From Macrostomum lignano (Eukaryota): a DNA stretch of 64,000 bases. This document shows positions 26,307 to 47,700 of this stretch, piece after piece; the stretch's first letter is position 1, and each line of letters opens with the position of its first letter. Below the pieces are notes generated by a model. It was not told the DNA's origin. It worked only from the letters and a program-made list of their open reading frames with translations, and searched no databases. The stretch covers positions 13,024 through 77,023 of the forward strand of contig NIVC01003123.1 of NCBI GenBank assembly GCA_002269645.1, given 5' to 3'. The position numbers and the translations under genes are program-made.

Positions 26307-26439
26307 ATGAGCGGCCAAGAGCCGGCTCACCAGAGCCAGCATCCGCAGCCTCATCAGCTGCACGAGGGGCCCGCAGTGATGGGGCCGATGCACGTGGCCA
26401 GCGTGAGGCAGGGAGGCCACTTCCAGGACTCGCACATCG
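26307..26439 (+). CDS. Candidate alternative first coding exon D of the stomatin gene (MSGQEPAHQSQHPQPHQLHEGPAVMGPMHVASVRQGGHFQDSHI)
   Basis: ATG, 44 codons + 1 nt, GTGAGG donor in phase 1. Confidence 0.55.
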
Positions 26440-26529
26440 GTGAGGGGCTCTGATGGTTCCAGTCAGCGCGGATTAGTGCAATCTTGGATACTTTGTTTAG
26501 AATACCCAGGTAATCAGTTTGGAGTACAC

Positions 26530-26660
26530 AGGTACTCAGGTTGGAATACTGAGGTACTCAGGTTAGAATATTTAGGTACTCAGGTTAGAGTATTTAGGTA
26601 CTCAGGTTAGAATACTCAGGTACTCAGGTTAGAGTACTTAGGTTACTCAGGTTACTCTTG
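26530..26660. repeat. ~22-bp degenerate repeat (AGGTACTCAGGTTAGAATATTT)
   Basis: Direct reading, about 6 units. Confidence 0.75.
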
Positions 26661-27042
26661 ATCAGTTTGGAACACGCAGTTGCTTTTGTTGCACCACCCC
26701 GATGCTCATATGGAATCGGTATTTGCTTTGAAGATCATGACTGTAGCCGAGTGTCTTAGGCACCGCAGATTGAAGGCAGCCCCAAGCGGGAGCTGGCGGG
26801 ACGCGCTAATTAGCTGTGGGATCCCAGAGGTGCTAGAGGCGCGGCATTGCGCTCTCCTTCATCCGGGATAGAGCACTAAATCTTCTCATCTCCATGCGGG
26901 ATAAGCATCTCTGACAATCATAGTCCAAGCCAAACCTCAGCATTGGAGCATGGATTCCATAAATAATTCAACTTCCTACTCTGATCCAGAGCTGCCTGCT
27001 GTCGCTGCAGTTCGTCTGCCGCTTCTCCCAGCCATGTCTGCC

Positions 27043-27253
27043 CTGACTGACTGACTGACTGACTGACTGACTGACTGACTGACTGACTGACTGACTGACT
27101 GACTGACTGACTGACTGACTGACTGACTGACTGACTGACTGACTGACTGACTGACTGACTGACTGACTGACTGACTGACTGACTGACTGACTGACTGACT
27201 GACTGACTGACTGACTGACTGACTGACTGACTGACTGACTGACTGACTGACTG
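27043..27253. repeat. (GACT)n microsatellite
   Basis: Direct reading. Confidence 0.98.
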
Positions 27254-27747
27254 CTCCGTTTGTCACTAAGCCAGTAGGAAGCTGCTCATGAGCCCTGAAG
27301 AGAGTGAAAGCTAGCCTAAAAATAGTCTCTAAAAACCCTTGAGAGCTTCTTTAGAATTTCTTGGCTCAGTGAAAGCACGCAAAGCCGGCGGCAGGGACCC
27401 TCTTCAATCGCTAGCGAAGCAGCAGAGGAGCTCCAGTTGCCTGAGATCAGGTCAATTTGTTTCCATGGGTTTCTTTTGTACCTGCCGGGAAAGTCTCTGT
27501 TCCGCCCTCCCTTAACTCCAACGAACCCGGAGGCAGGAGGAAAATTCTTTGACTTAAAATTCTGGACACTAAATCTGGTGCAAATCGCTATCTACTGTAC
27601 TGATAGTAGCACTGTTAAAGCATGATATGCTAACTGACTGGCTTATCAAGGCTGCGGAAAGTCAATTTTCTAATACGATTCCAATCCCAGTAGTCAGACT
27701 TTCCACCTATACTCAGGCTGTTTTACTAGCGGGAAAATTTTCCTCAG

Positions 27748-27768
27748 CAAGCACACCTGCCCCTGAAA
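27748..27768 (+). CDS. Candidate 21-nt symmetric phase-1 microexon (xSTPAPE), or the end of a first exon starting at ATG 27627
   Basis: TTTTCCTCAG acceptor at 27747, GAAA|GTAAGC donor at 27769; 21 nt preserves the frame. Confidence 0.4.
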
Positions 27769-28318
27769 GTAAGCCATGGATGGATAAGCCAGGCAAGTGC
27801 TTTCGCCAGAATTTCGGCCACCCCCTCGGGCCACTCTCGGTTTGGGCCGATCGAAGTTAGCAGCAGCCAATCTGTACACCTCAGCGACTCCCGGAGAGGC
27901 AGAGCTGAAGGAGCCGGGGAAGCCAAATTGCTTTCATCGTCTCGTGGGCAGCAGAAAGCAGAAGTAGAAGTTGTGAGGGCTGCAGCAGGCTGGCCAACAA
28001 AACTGGCTGCCTGGCGGATCGATAATCAATGCAGGGTGCATTGTCAGTCATGTCTCCCCCTCCCATTTGTTTCTGTTCCCTGTTCCAGAGTTTCTGATAA
28101 AATGGACTATCTGGAATATCCCCTCTCCCGGCCAATCACAGGGCGCCTTCTGCGGGGCTTCTCTGTTAAAATTTGCACTCCAACACTCTCCAATAGCAAG
28201 GGCGCCCCCGGGCCGCTTGATCCCCCTCTAAATTAGCATCCGATCGCAGTCCATAGTCGACTCTCCGCCATCTATTTAGAGAATCTTAGCCGTTGTTAAC
28301 TGCTCCGATTCTGTCTAG

Positions 28319-28375
28319 TTGGCATGCTCGGCGACCGGGACAAGCTGCCGGCCACTGGGCCGCTGAGCGAGCCGG
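28319..28375 (+). CDS. Candidate stomatin exon E: 57-nt symmetric phase-1 cassette, or first coding exon from ATG 28324 (MLGDRDKLPATGPLSEP)
   Basis: TTCTGTCTAG acceptor at 28318, CCGG|GTAAGG donor at 28376; in frame with the core. Confidence 0.55.
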
Positions 28376-28764
28376 GTAAGGCGGGCCCTGCTGCTGGCCG
28401 GTCGGACTGACAACCTCCCAGCTCGTCAGCGATAAGCAAAATTGGGGGATAAGAGTGGGAATTGGGATCCTGCGGGGCATAAGACCAGCTGGACAGCGGG
28501 CCAGGCCAGCCTGGGAATCTTTTGCCGCGGAGGAAAAGAAATCACCACTGCCGCTGATGCTTCTCTCGCCGCCGCACGTCAGCCAGTTGCTGCTTTTAGC
28601 TGGCGGCAGGCGCCAACTTGGCGAGGCCGCCGACGACATTGCCGGGGCCGGTTCCGACGCTGGCGCCAGCGGATTCGGCGGCCACGCCGGCTGTTGCGCC
28701 AAATGCTGCACAGCCGTGATCCTCAGCTGCGGCGGTCCCGGCGGTCAGCGGCTGCTTGGCCCTG

Positions 28765-29325
<561 letters not shown>

Positions 29326-29511
29326 CAGTCCTCAAAGACTCACTGAATCATTTCACAAGCCGCTCAGAACCGTGTTTATAAGCTAACATATTCGATTTTT
29401 GCTCCCTATTTGCTCCCGGCGCCAGAGTGTGACAGAGTTCTGGGCGCTGCAATGTAAAGTACAAGCAATGGCCGTTTAAACATGCACTACTACTTTTATT
29501 ACCATTTACAG

Positions 29512-38574
<9,063 letters not shown>

Positions 38575-38649
38575 AGTCTTTGACGCGATAGCTAAGCATT
38601 GCTAGTTTGCTTTGGTTAGGGAGGAGGGCGTGCAGGAAGATTGCTGGTC

Positions 38650-39165
38650 CCGAGAGAGAGAGACAGACAGACAGAAATAAAGAAAGAGAAAAGGAGAGAG
38701 AAAGAGGGGGAAAGAGGAAGAGAGAGAGGGGGAGAGAAAGAGGGAGAGAGTGAGGGAGAGAGAGGGGAGAGAGAGAGAAAGGGAAAGAGAAAGAGAGAAA
38801 GAGGAAGAGAGAGAGGGAGAGAGAGAGGGAGAGACAGAGGGAGAGAGAAAAAGAGGGAGAGAGAGGGAGAGAGAGGAAGAGAGAGAGGGAGAGAGAGGGA
38901 GAGAGAGAAAGAGGGAGAGAGAAAGAGGGAGAGAGAAAGAGGGAGAGAGAAAAGGAGAGAAAGAGAAAGAGGGAGAGAGAGGGAGAGAGAGAAAGAGGGA
39001 GAGAGAAAGAGGGAGAGAGAAAGAGGGAGAGAGAAAAGGAGAGAAAGAGAAAGAGGGAGAGAGGGAGAGAGAGAGAGGGGGAGAGAGAGAGGGAGAGAGA
39101 GGGAGAGAGAGGGAGAGAGGGGGAGAGAGAGAGAGAGCGAAAAAGAGAGAGAGAGAAAGAGGGAG
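38650..39165. repeat. GA-rich low-complexity tract
   Basis: Direct reading. Confidence 0.9.
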
Positions 39166-39889
39166 AGATTTGTGCGTGTGATCAGATCGCACGCATGGCA
39201 ACAAGGTTTGTACCATGGATGCAGAGATCTTATAATACGGAACACAGAAAGCTGTCTTTCGTCTGGACAGGTGTTGACTGTGGGTGAAAACCTCTTCCCA
39301 GCTAGTAGGGAATCTTTCTTGCAAAACTTCACGCCCAGATGCGTGCCCCAGCCACCTGCGATCACTTCTCCATTCTGGACAGTTTAGATGGGTGGGGGGA
39401 CGCAAGAAAATCGAACGCACTTGGCCGCTTGGCCTCTTCACTCAGGCCCGACTTGGATTGGGAAGGTGTGAAGACGGACCAAACATCGCCACTCCCAGTC
39501 GCTTGGGTCTCTCTCTCGCGATGCAATATTCCTGCCAATGCCTTCTTTGGCTTAATAGTTTTGCACTAACAAGTTCGCGTCATAACAAGAAACAAAACGC
39601 AAGCACCAAATTTAAGTTACGTAGCCGTCGAAGCGCGTTCGATTGGCCATAGACAGTCGTTTTCTCCTCGATAACCATATAAACTAGCTGGTATTAATTT
39701 TTACTTTGAATTTCTGTGAGCTCATAGCAATGGCGTCAAATCCTATTGAAGGTTTGTAGCTGCCTCTCTGTCTAATAATGTGCTATGCTCCTCATTCTAT
39801 TCGAAAATCGCAGCTTCTTTGTAGAGAGCGTCGGTCATTTTGTATTTACATTTCAACTGCATGTTCTGGTTCTAGAGCCTGCAATCAGT

Positions 39890-40915
39890 GGGTGACAGTA
39901 GCACTGGAGCCTGTGATGTGTGGGTGACACTGGAGCCTGTGATGTGTGGGTGACACTGGAGCTTGTGATGTGTGGGTGACACTGGAGCCTGTGATGTGTG
40001 GGTGACACTGGAGCTTGTGATGTGTGGGTGACACTGGAGCCTGTGATGTGTGGGTGACACTGGAGCCTGTGATGTGTGGGTGACACTGGAGCCTGTGATG
40101 TGTGGGTGACACTGGAGCTTGTGATGTGTGGGTGGCACTGGAGCCTGTGATGTGTGGGTGACAGTAGCACTGGAGCCTGTGATGTGTGGGTGACACTGGA
40201 GCCTGTGATGTGTGGGTGACAGTACCTGGTAGCACTGGAGCCTGCGATCTGTGGGTGACAGTAGGACTGGAGCCTGTGATCTGTGGGTGACAGTAGCACT
40301 GGAGCCTGTGATGTGTGGGTGACAGTAGCACTGGAGCCTGTGATCTGTGGGTGACAGTAGCACTGGAGCCTGTGATCTGTGGGTGACAGTAGCACTGGAG
40401 CCTGTGATCTGTGGGTGACAGTAGCACTGGAGCCTGTGATCTGTGGGTGACAGTAGCACTGGAGCCTGCGATGTGTGGGTGACAGTAGCACTGGAGCCTG
40501 TGATCTGTGGGTGACAGTAGCACTGGAGCCTGTGATGTGTGGGTGACAGTAGCACTGGAGCCTGTGATCTGTGGGTGACAGTAGCACTGGAGCCTGCGAT
40601 GTGTGGGTGACAGTAGCACTGGAGCCTGTGATCTGTGGGTGACAGTAGCACTGGAGCCTGTGATCTGTGGGTGACAGTAGCACTGGAGCCTGTGATGTGT
40701 GGGTGACAGTAGCACTGGAGCCTGTGATGTGTGGGTGACAGTAGCACTGGAGCCTGCGATGTGTGGGTGACAGTAGCACTGGAGCCTGTGATCTGTGGGT
40801 GACAGTAGCACTGGAGCCTGTGATGTGTGGGTGACAGTAGCACTGGAGCCTGTGATGTGTGGGTGACAGTAGCACTGGAGCCTGCGATGTGTGGGTGACA
40901 GTAGCACTGGAGCTA
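39890..40915. repeat. Minisatellite with 26-bp units at left and 32-bp units at right
   Basis: CACTGGAGCCTGTGATGTGTGGGTGA (+CAGTAG in the long unit). Confidence 0.95.
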
Positions 40916-41465
40916 GTAGACTTATTACTACTTCCAGTAGTACAATGCTAGCCCAATAACAGAGTGTTCCTCATGGATAGCAGCTGACAATTTGGGAGTG
41001 CTGAGTTCTCAAGCACTTTTTGCCTATATTTATGAAAATATTTACACACTCGTACATGCTTAAAACCAATTATTTACTTGTTGTTATTACCCTCTACACG
41101 CAGCAGAGTTTGCGAGTCCATTGGTTACACGAGATCTCCCATATATTTCCATGTCTGCTTTGTAATGTTAGACTGTGTTTAGACCGAACTGATGTTTTTC
41201 TATAAATCTCTAAAGTTAAGCTCTCTGATCTTTTCATGCAAGGGTTACTCTGCCGCACGAACAATAAATATTTGCCGCAAAAATATTTTGTCCATACTGA
41301 GCAACTTCAAGCTAATCTCTGCGTTTTTTGCTTTTTTGAAGAAAGCTGGTGAAAGATATACGTGTATATGATCTGGAATCTGTGCTATAGACTGCGGTGC
41401 TTGTTGGGCCACAGCTAGTGATGATACAGGTGTGAGCTGGGTGATACAGGTGTGAGCTGTGTGAT

Positions 41466-43194
41466 GGTGGTGCCCGGCTTCTTTGGAATGGCGACGATGT
41501 GCGCCGTGGTCCATTCGTTTGGCGCCACCTCACCGGAAAGCACGCGGTTCATCACTCTGGCGACCTCAGTGGCCACGCAGTGGATCCGCAGCGCCTCGGT
41601 GGGCACCTCGTCCGGACCAAGCGCTTTGCCGCCCGGCGACTGCCGAGCGAACTTCACAACGTCGGCTGTGCTGACTGGGGCAACGTTGAAGCTCTCCTCC
41701 ACCGGCAACGGCGTCTCCGGCGGCAGCCTCAGATTTTCTGGAAGCGGAGGGGGCGGCGCGTTGACAATGGCGGCGAAGAACTCGCGCAGCTCGTTCCTGC
41801 GCTCATCCGGAGTGTCGCCTGCCAGGTTGAGCGCGATGCGCCGCTTTCGCCACCAAGCTCGAGGAGCATCGAGGTATCTGCCTACAGTCCTGCGCCGCGA
41901 AGCTGTTCAACCGCATGCTGCTATCGCGGTTACAGCCTGTGCTGGACCCGTACCTGCGGCCTGAGCAAAACGGTTTCCGGCCCCATCGCGGCACAGTGAC
42001 GCAGATCCTGGCTCTTCGGCGAGTCATCGAGGAGGCGCGCATCCGCCAGTTGACCCTGATCCTAATCTTCGTCGATTTCAGGAAGGCCTTCGACTCGGTC
42101 GTGAGGGACGCGCTCCCAGAGGTGCTCCGTGCGTACAACGTGCCAGAGCTGCTGATTTCTGCTGTCATGGCGCTGTACCACGGCACGACGGCTGCTGTCT
42201 CAACACCGGACGGCCTATCGGATTTCTTCGAGACATCCTCCGGGGTGCTCCAGGGAGATACGCTAGCGCCGTTCCTATTTATTCTGGTGCTTGACTGGGT
42301 GCTACGGACTGCTCTGCCTTCCAACGACGACGGCTTCCTGCTGCGGCGACGCGTGGGTCGACGCCAACCGGAGAGACGGCTCAGCGTGCTTGGCTACGCC
42401 GATGACCTCGCCCTGCTGTCCTCGACCGTCGAGGGCGCCCAACGACAGCTGGATAGGCTGGTTGCCGTTGCGGCGAGCGTCGGCCTGGTGGTCAACACGC
42501 AGAAGACCGTCGTGCTATGCGTGCCGGACGACACCGAGGCTGCAATCTTCTGCCGAGGCGCTGACGGACAGGCGAGTGAGCTTCCAAGATGTCAGCAGTT
42601 CGTCTACCTCGGCGGTCTGGTTCCCGACGTCCGCGAGGATCTGCGGCGTCGCCGAGGACTTGCCTGGGCTGCCTTTCGTTCTATAAGGTCAGTCCTGCAG
42701 TCCGAGGCCCTACCGGACCGCCAGAGGGCGGCGCTGTTCCAGGCGGTGATCGAGACCGTCCTGTTATACAACGCCGAGACCTGGACGCTGACAGACTCGC
42801 TCGAGGCTCAAGTCGACGCGGCGCACGCTGGCCTGCTGCGCGCCGCCTTCAAGATCGGCAACGAGCGAGTCCCCAACACGGCGCTCTATCATCGCGCCGG
42901 CCTGGCCCGTCTTAGCGATCTGCTGCGCCGTCGGCGACTCCAGCTGGCAGGCCACGTCATCCGCGCCGAGGCCTACTGTCCGGAGCCGGTGCAGGAGGTG
43001 CTGCTACTTACGTTGCAGGCACCCTACCGGCGGGGACAGGCGAGGACTCGGCGCTACGTCGACTGTCTGCTGGATGACGCCGGCGCCCCGGACTCTGCCG
43101 GCGGTGCGGCCTTTGTTCGCGCCCAAGCTTCGAAGCGAGCCATCTGACGCTGCTTTTGCGAACTGACAGCGTACTCTGTTGTTGTTGTTGTTGT
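41466..43194 (+). mobile_element. RTE-type non-LTR retrotransposon, 5'-truncated with a 5' inversion (inverted 41466-~41850; sense ~41850-43194; (GTT)n tail)
   Basis: RT motifs EQNGFR, FVDFRKAFDSV, GVLQGDTLAPFLF, YADDLAL, GLVVNTQKT, FVYLG, LLYNAETWTL. Microsatellite 3' tail. Flanking GTGATACAGGTGTGAGCTGTGTGAT at 41441-41465 and 43195-43219. Confidence 0.92.
41852..43147 (+). CDS. Reverse transcriptase ORF (C-terminal part of the LINE ORF)
   Basis: Open frame from TKLEEHRGICLQSCAAKLFNRMLLSRL to the stop at 43147, with catalytic YADD. Confidence 0.92.
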   Translation, partial: TKLEEHRGICLQSCAAKLFNRMLLSRLQPVLDPYLRPEQNGFRPHRGTVTQILALRRVIEEARIRQLTLILIFVDFRKAFDSVVRDALPEVLRAYNVPELLISAVMALYHGTTAAVSTPDGLSDFFETSSGVLQGDTLAPFLFILVLDWVLRTALPSNDDGFLLRRRVGRRQPERRLSVLGYADDLALLSSTVEGAQRQLDRLVAVAASVGLVVNTQKTVVLCVPDDTEAAIFCRGADGQASELPRCQQFVYLGGLVPDVREDLRRRRGLAWAAFRSIRSVLQSEALPDRQRAALFQAVIETVLLYNAETWTLTDSLEAQVDAAHAGLLRAAFKIGNERVPNTALYHRAGLARLSDLLRRRRLQLAGHVIRAEAYCPEPVQEVLLLTLQAPYRRGQARTRRYVDCLLDDAGAPDSAGGAAFVRAQASKRAI

Positions 43195-43992
43195 GTGATA
43201 CAGGTGTGAGCTGTGTGATGCAGGTGTGAGCTGTGTGATACAAGTGTGAGCTGTGTGATTATGCATGTGTGAGCTGTGTGATGATGCAGGTGTGAGCTGT
43301 GTGATGCAGGTGTGAGCTGTGTGATGCAGGTGTGAGCTGTGTGATACAGGTGTGAGCTGTGTGATATAGGTGTGAGCTGTGTGATGCAGGTGTGAGCTGG
43401 GTGATACAGGTGTGAGCTGTGTGATGCAGGTGTGAGCTGTGTGATGCAGGTGTGAGCTGTGTGATGCAGGTGTGAGCTGTGTGATGCAGGTGTGAGCTGT
43501 GTGATGCATGTGTGAGCTGTTTGATGCAGGTGTGAGCTGTGTGATACAGGTGTGAGCTGTGTGATACAGGTGTGAGCTGTGTGATGAAGGTGTGAGCTGT
43601 GTGATGCAGGTGTGAGCTGTGTGATGCAGGTGTGAGCTGTGTGATACAGGTGTGAGCTGTGTGATACAGGTGTGAGCTGTGTGATACAGGTGTGAGCTGT
43701 GTGATACAGGTGTGAGCTGTGTGATGCAGGTGTGAGCTGTGTGATGCAGGTGTGAGCTGTGTGATGCAGGTGTGAGCTGTGTGATACAGGTGTGAGCTGT
43801 GTGATGAAGGTGTGAGCTGTGTGATGCAGGTGTGAGCTGTGTGATACAGGTGTAAGCTGTGTGATACAGGTGTGAGCTGTGTGATGCATGTGTGAGCTGT
43901 GTGATGATGCATGTGTGGGCTGTGTGATGATGCAGGTGTGAGCTGTGTGATATAGGTGTGAGCTGTGTGATGAAGGTGTGAGCTGGGTGATC
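43195..43992. repeat. 20-bp minisatellite (GAT[A/G]CAGGTGTGAGCTGTGT); 2-3 units also at 41417-41465
   Basis: Direct reading; host array of the LINE. Confidence 0.95.
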
Positions 43993-44274
43993 AAGATTGA
44001 ATAGTATGCATTTTTAGCCAAGCAAAGCTATTGGTTCAAAAAATGTTAGCTTCATTAATAATTGCTTTATTGCGGTTAAATGTAGCGAATATCCTCAAAG
44101 AAAAATGATTGACAGATTTCTTTTGCACTATGTTGCACACATATATTGCTCGAAATTCTTTAATTGTTGTGTTTCTAGGTAAGAAATATAAAAAATTCTG
44201 ATATAAAAACACTTGAATTTCTGCTGAAAGCCATAGCAAAAGGTACCTGTTAAAGTAACAGGTTGTCTGGCAAC

Positions 44275-44585
44275 ACAGTGATTACATTTGGTTGCTTAGC
44301 AACACGGTGATTACATTTGGTTGCTTAGCAACACTGTGATTACATTTGATTGCTTAGCAACACTGTGATTAAATTTGGTTGCTTAGCAACACGGTGATTA
44401 CATTTGGTTGCTTAGCAACACGGTGATTACACTTGTTGCTTAGCAACACGGTGATTACACTTGTTGCTTAGCAACACGGTGATTACACTTGTTGCTTAGC
44501 AACACGGTGATTACACTTGTTGCTTAGCAACACAGTGATTACACTTTGTTGCTAAGCAAAGTGATAACCGTATCGCCTAGCAACA
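44275..44585. repeat. 28-29-bp minisatellite, each unit carrying GTTGCTTAGCAAC (X-box-like palindrome)
   Basis: 8 exact copies plus 3 variants counted by eye. Confidence 0.9.
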
Positions 44586-44748
44586 AAACTGCCAGATCTT
44601 GCATGGAAAAATTCGAATTATAATTTTTCACTTGCATAAGGCTTTCAGTAATCATATCTTTGGGATTAACTAAAATTGACTGGGAAATTTAGGGAAAATT
44701 ATAATCTCTACAGCTGGACTAAGGTTTGCTTAAATCACTCCGGAGCCG

Positions 44749-47700
44749 CTAATAGTCGGATGCGGCGGTGTGGGCCAGGCACCGGGTCCTGTAGAAATTC
44801 GTGTTCGTCTCCAGGTCGTGAATTGTGCGCAGCATCGCCAGCAGGCCGCGCACCGCCTCGCTGCCAACGTTGCGAATGTAGGCAGGCGGCAGCAGGAAGC
44901 CGTAGGCGCCGTCGTCTGGCAGCTCGACGGTCAGCGAATACGGGACTTCGAGCGAGCCGTGAGCCCAGTCATCTGAGCCGCCGCTGGCCTCGTCTGCAGG
45001 GGCGCGTTTTTGTTTCCCGTCTGTCTGGTTTATCTCCCGTCTGCCTGGTTTATCTCCCGTCTGCCTGGTTTATCTCCCGTCTGCCTGGTTTATCTCCCGT
45101 CTGTCTGGTTTATCTCCCGTCTGCCTGGTTTATCTCCCGTCTGCCTGGTTTATCTCCCGTCTGCCTGGTTTATCTCCCGTCTGCCTGGTTTATCTCCCGT
45201 CTGCCTGGTTTATCTCTCGTCTGCCTGGTTTATCTCCCGTCTGCCTGGTTTATCTCCCGTCTGCCTGGTTTATCTCCCATCTGTCTGTTTATCTCCCGTC
45301 TGTCTGGTTTATCTCTCGTCTGTCTGGTTTATCTCTCGTCTGTCTGGTTTATCTCTCGTCTGTCTGGTTTATCTCTCGTCTGTCTGGTTTATCTCTCGTC
45401 TGTCTGGTTTATCTCCCGTCTGCCTGGTTTATCTCCCGTCTGCCTGGTTTATCTCCCATCTGTCTGTTTATCTCCCGTCTGTCTGGTTTATCTCTCGTCT
45501 GTCTGGTTTATCTCTCGTCTGTCTGTTTTATCTCTCGTCTGTCTGGTTTATCTCTCGTCTGTCTGGTTTATCTCCCGTCTGCCTGGTTTTTCTCCCGTCT
45601 GCCTGGTTTATCTCCCGTCTGCCTGGTTTATCTCCCGTCTGCCTGGTTTATCTCCCATCTGTCTGTTTATCTCCCGTCTTTATCCCTTTATCCCTAATTC
45701 TCCCAATGCAGCAGCAACTCACACAAGACATCGGCGCTGGTTCCGTGAATGTAAAATCGATGGTTTGTTGCGAACATCTCCCGGCTGCCGAAGAAGGCCA
45801 CGCAGCTCTGCGGAATTTGAGTCCGGATTTTTGGTGGATTAACCCGGGCTTTGAATTTGACGTAGATTCCTATAGATAGATCTGTAGATTGATATAGATC
45901 TGTAGATTGATATAGATCTGTAGATTGATATAGATCTGTAGATTGATATAGATCTGTAGATTGATATAGATCTGTAGATTAATATAGATCTTTAGATTGA
46001 TATAGATCTGTAGATTGATATAGATCTGTAGATTGATATAGATCTGTAGATTGATATAGATCTGTAGATTGATATAGATCTGTAGATTGATATAGATCTG
46101 TAGATTGATATAGATCTGTAGATTGATATAGATCTGTAGATTGATATAGATCTGTAGATTGATATAGATCTGTAGATTGATATAGATCTGTAGATTGATA
46201 TAGATCTGTAGATTGATATAGATCTGTAGATTGATATAGATCTGTAGATTGATATAGATCTGTAGATTGATATAGATCTGTAGATTGATATAGATCTGTA
46301 GATTGATATAGATCTGTAGATTGATATAGAACCCACGGAACTCACCATCTTGCCAGCGCTGAGCGCAGGCCGCGGGTAGGCCCCCCTCTTGAAGCCGAAT
46401 GGCATCAGCACGTACTGGCCGTATGAATGGTAGGACAGGAACAGCAAGATCTTCTTGTCGGAGTTCTCCTGCTCGACGAATCTCTTCACGGCGGCCGACT
46501 CCATGGCAGAGAATGGCCCGGTGCCTCGGTAATTATCCTGGCAGGGGTCGCTTGAGCTGCCCGAGCCGCCCCACCTGCGAATGGTGTTTTGTAGGCTTGG
46601 GGATTATCTGCATGAGTCAGCTGTACATCTGCATGGGTCAGCTGTACATCTGCATGGGTCAGCTGTACATCTGCATGAGTCAGCTGTACATCTGCATGGG
46701 TCAGCTGTACATCTGCATGGGTCAGCTGTACATCTGCATGGGTCAGCTGTACATCTATATGGGTCATCTGTACATCTATATGGGTCATCTGTACATCTAT
46801 ATGGGTCATCTGTACAACTATATGGGTCATCTGTACATCTATATGGGTCATCTGTACATCTATATGGGTCATCTGTACATCTATATGGGTCATCTGTACA
46901 ACTATATGGGTCATCTGTACATCTATATGGGTCATCTGTACATCTATATGGGTCATCTGTACATCTATATGGATCATCTGTACATCTATATGGGTCATCT
47001 GTACATCTATATGGATCATCTGTACATCTATAGGGATCATCTGTACATCTATATGGGTCATCTGTACATCTGTATGGGTCATCTGTACATCTATATGGGT
47101 CATCTGTACATCTATATGGATCATCTGTACATCTATATGGGTCATCTGTACATCTATATGGATCATCTGTACATCTATATGGATCATCTGTACATCTATA
47201 TGGATCATCTGTACATCTATATGGGTCATCTGTACATCTATATGGATCATCTGTACATCTATATGGATCATCTGTACATCTATAGGGATCATCCGTACAT
47301 CTATAGGGATCATCTGTACATCTATATGGGTCATCTGTACATCTATATGGGTCATCTGTACATCTATAGGGATCATCTGTACATCTATATGGATCATCTG
47401 TACATCTATAGGGATCATCTGTACATCTATATGGGTCATCTGTACATCTATATGGACCATCCGTACATCTATATGGGTCATCTGTACATCTATATGGGTC
47501 ATCTGTACATCTATATGGGTCATCTGTACATCTATAGGGATCATCCGTACATCTATAGGGATCATCTGTACATCTATATGGGTCATCTGTACATCTATAT
47601 GGGTCATCTGTACATCTATAGGGATCATCTGTACATCTATATGGATCATCTGTACATCTATAGGGATCATCTGTACATCTATATGGGTCATCTGTACATC

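Noticed and set aside
41466-43194. Bacterial group II intron / retron or contamination, given the high GC
   Set aside because: The motif set, C-terminal LLYNAETW region, microsatellite tail, TSD and 5' truncation fit a eukaryotic non-LTR retrotransposon.
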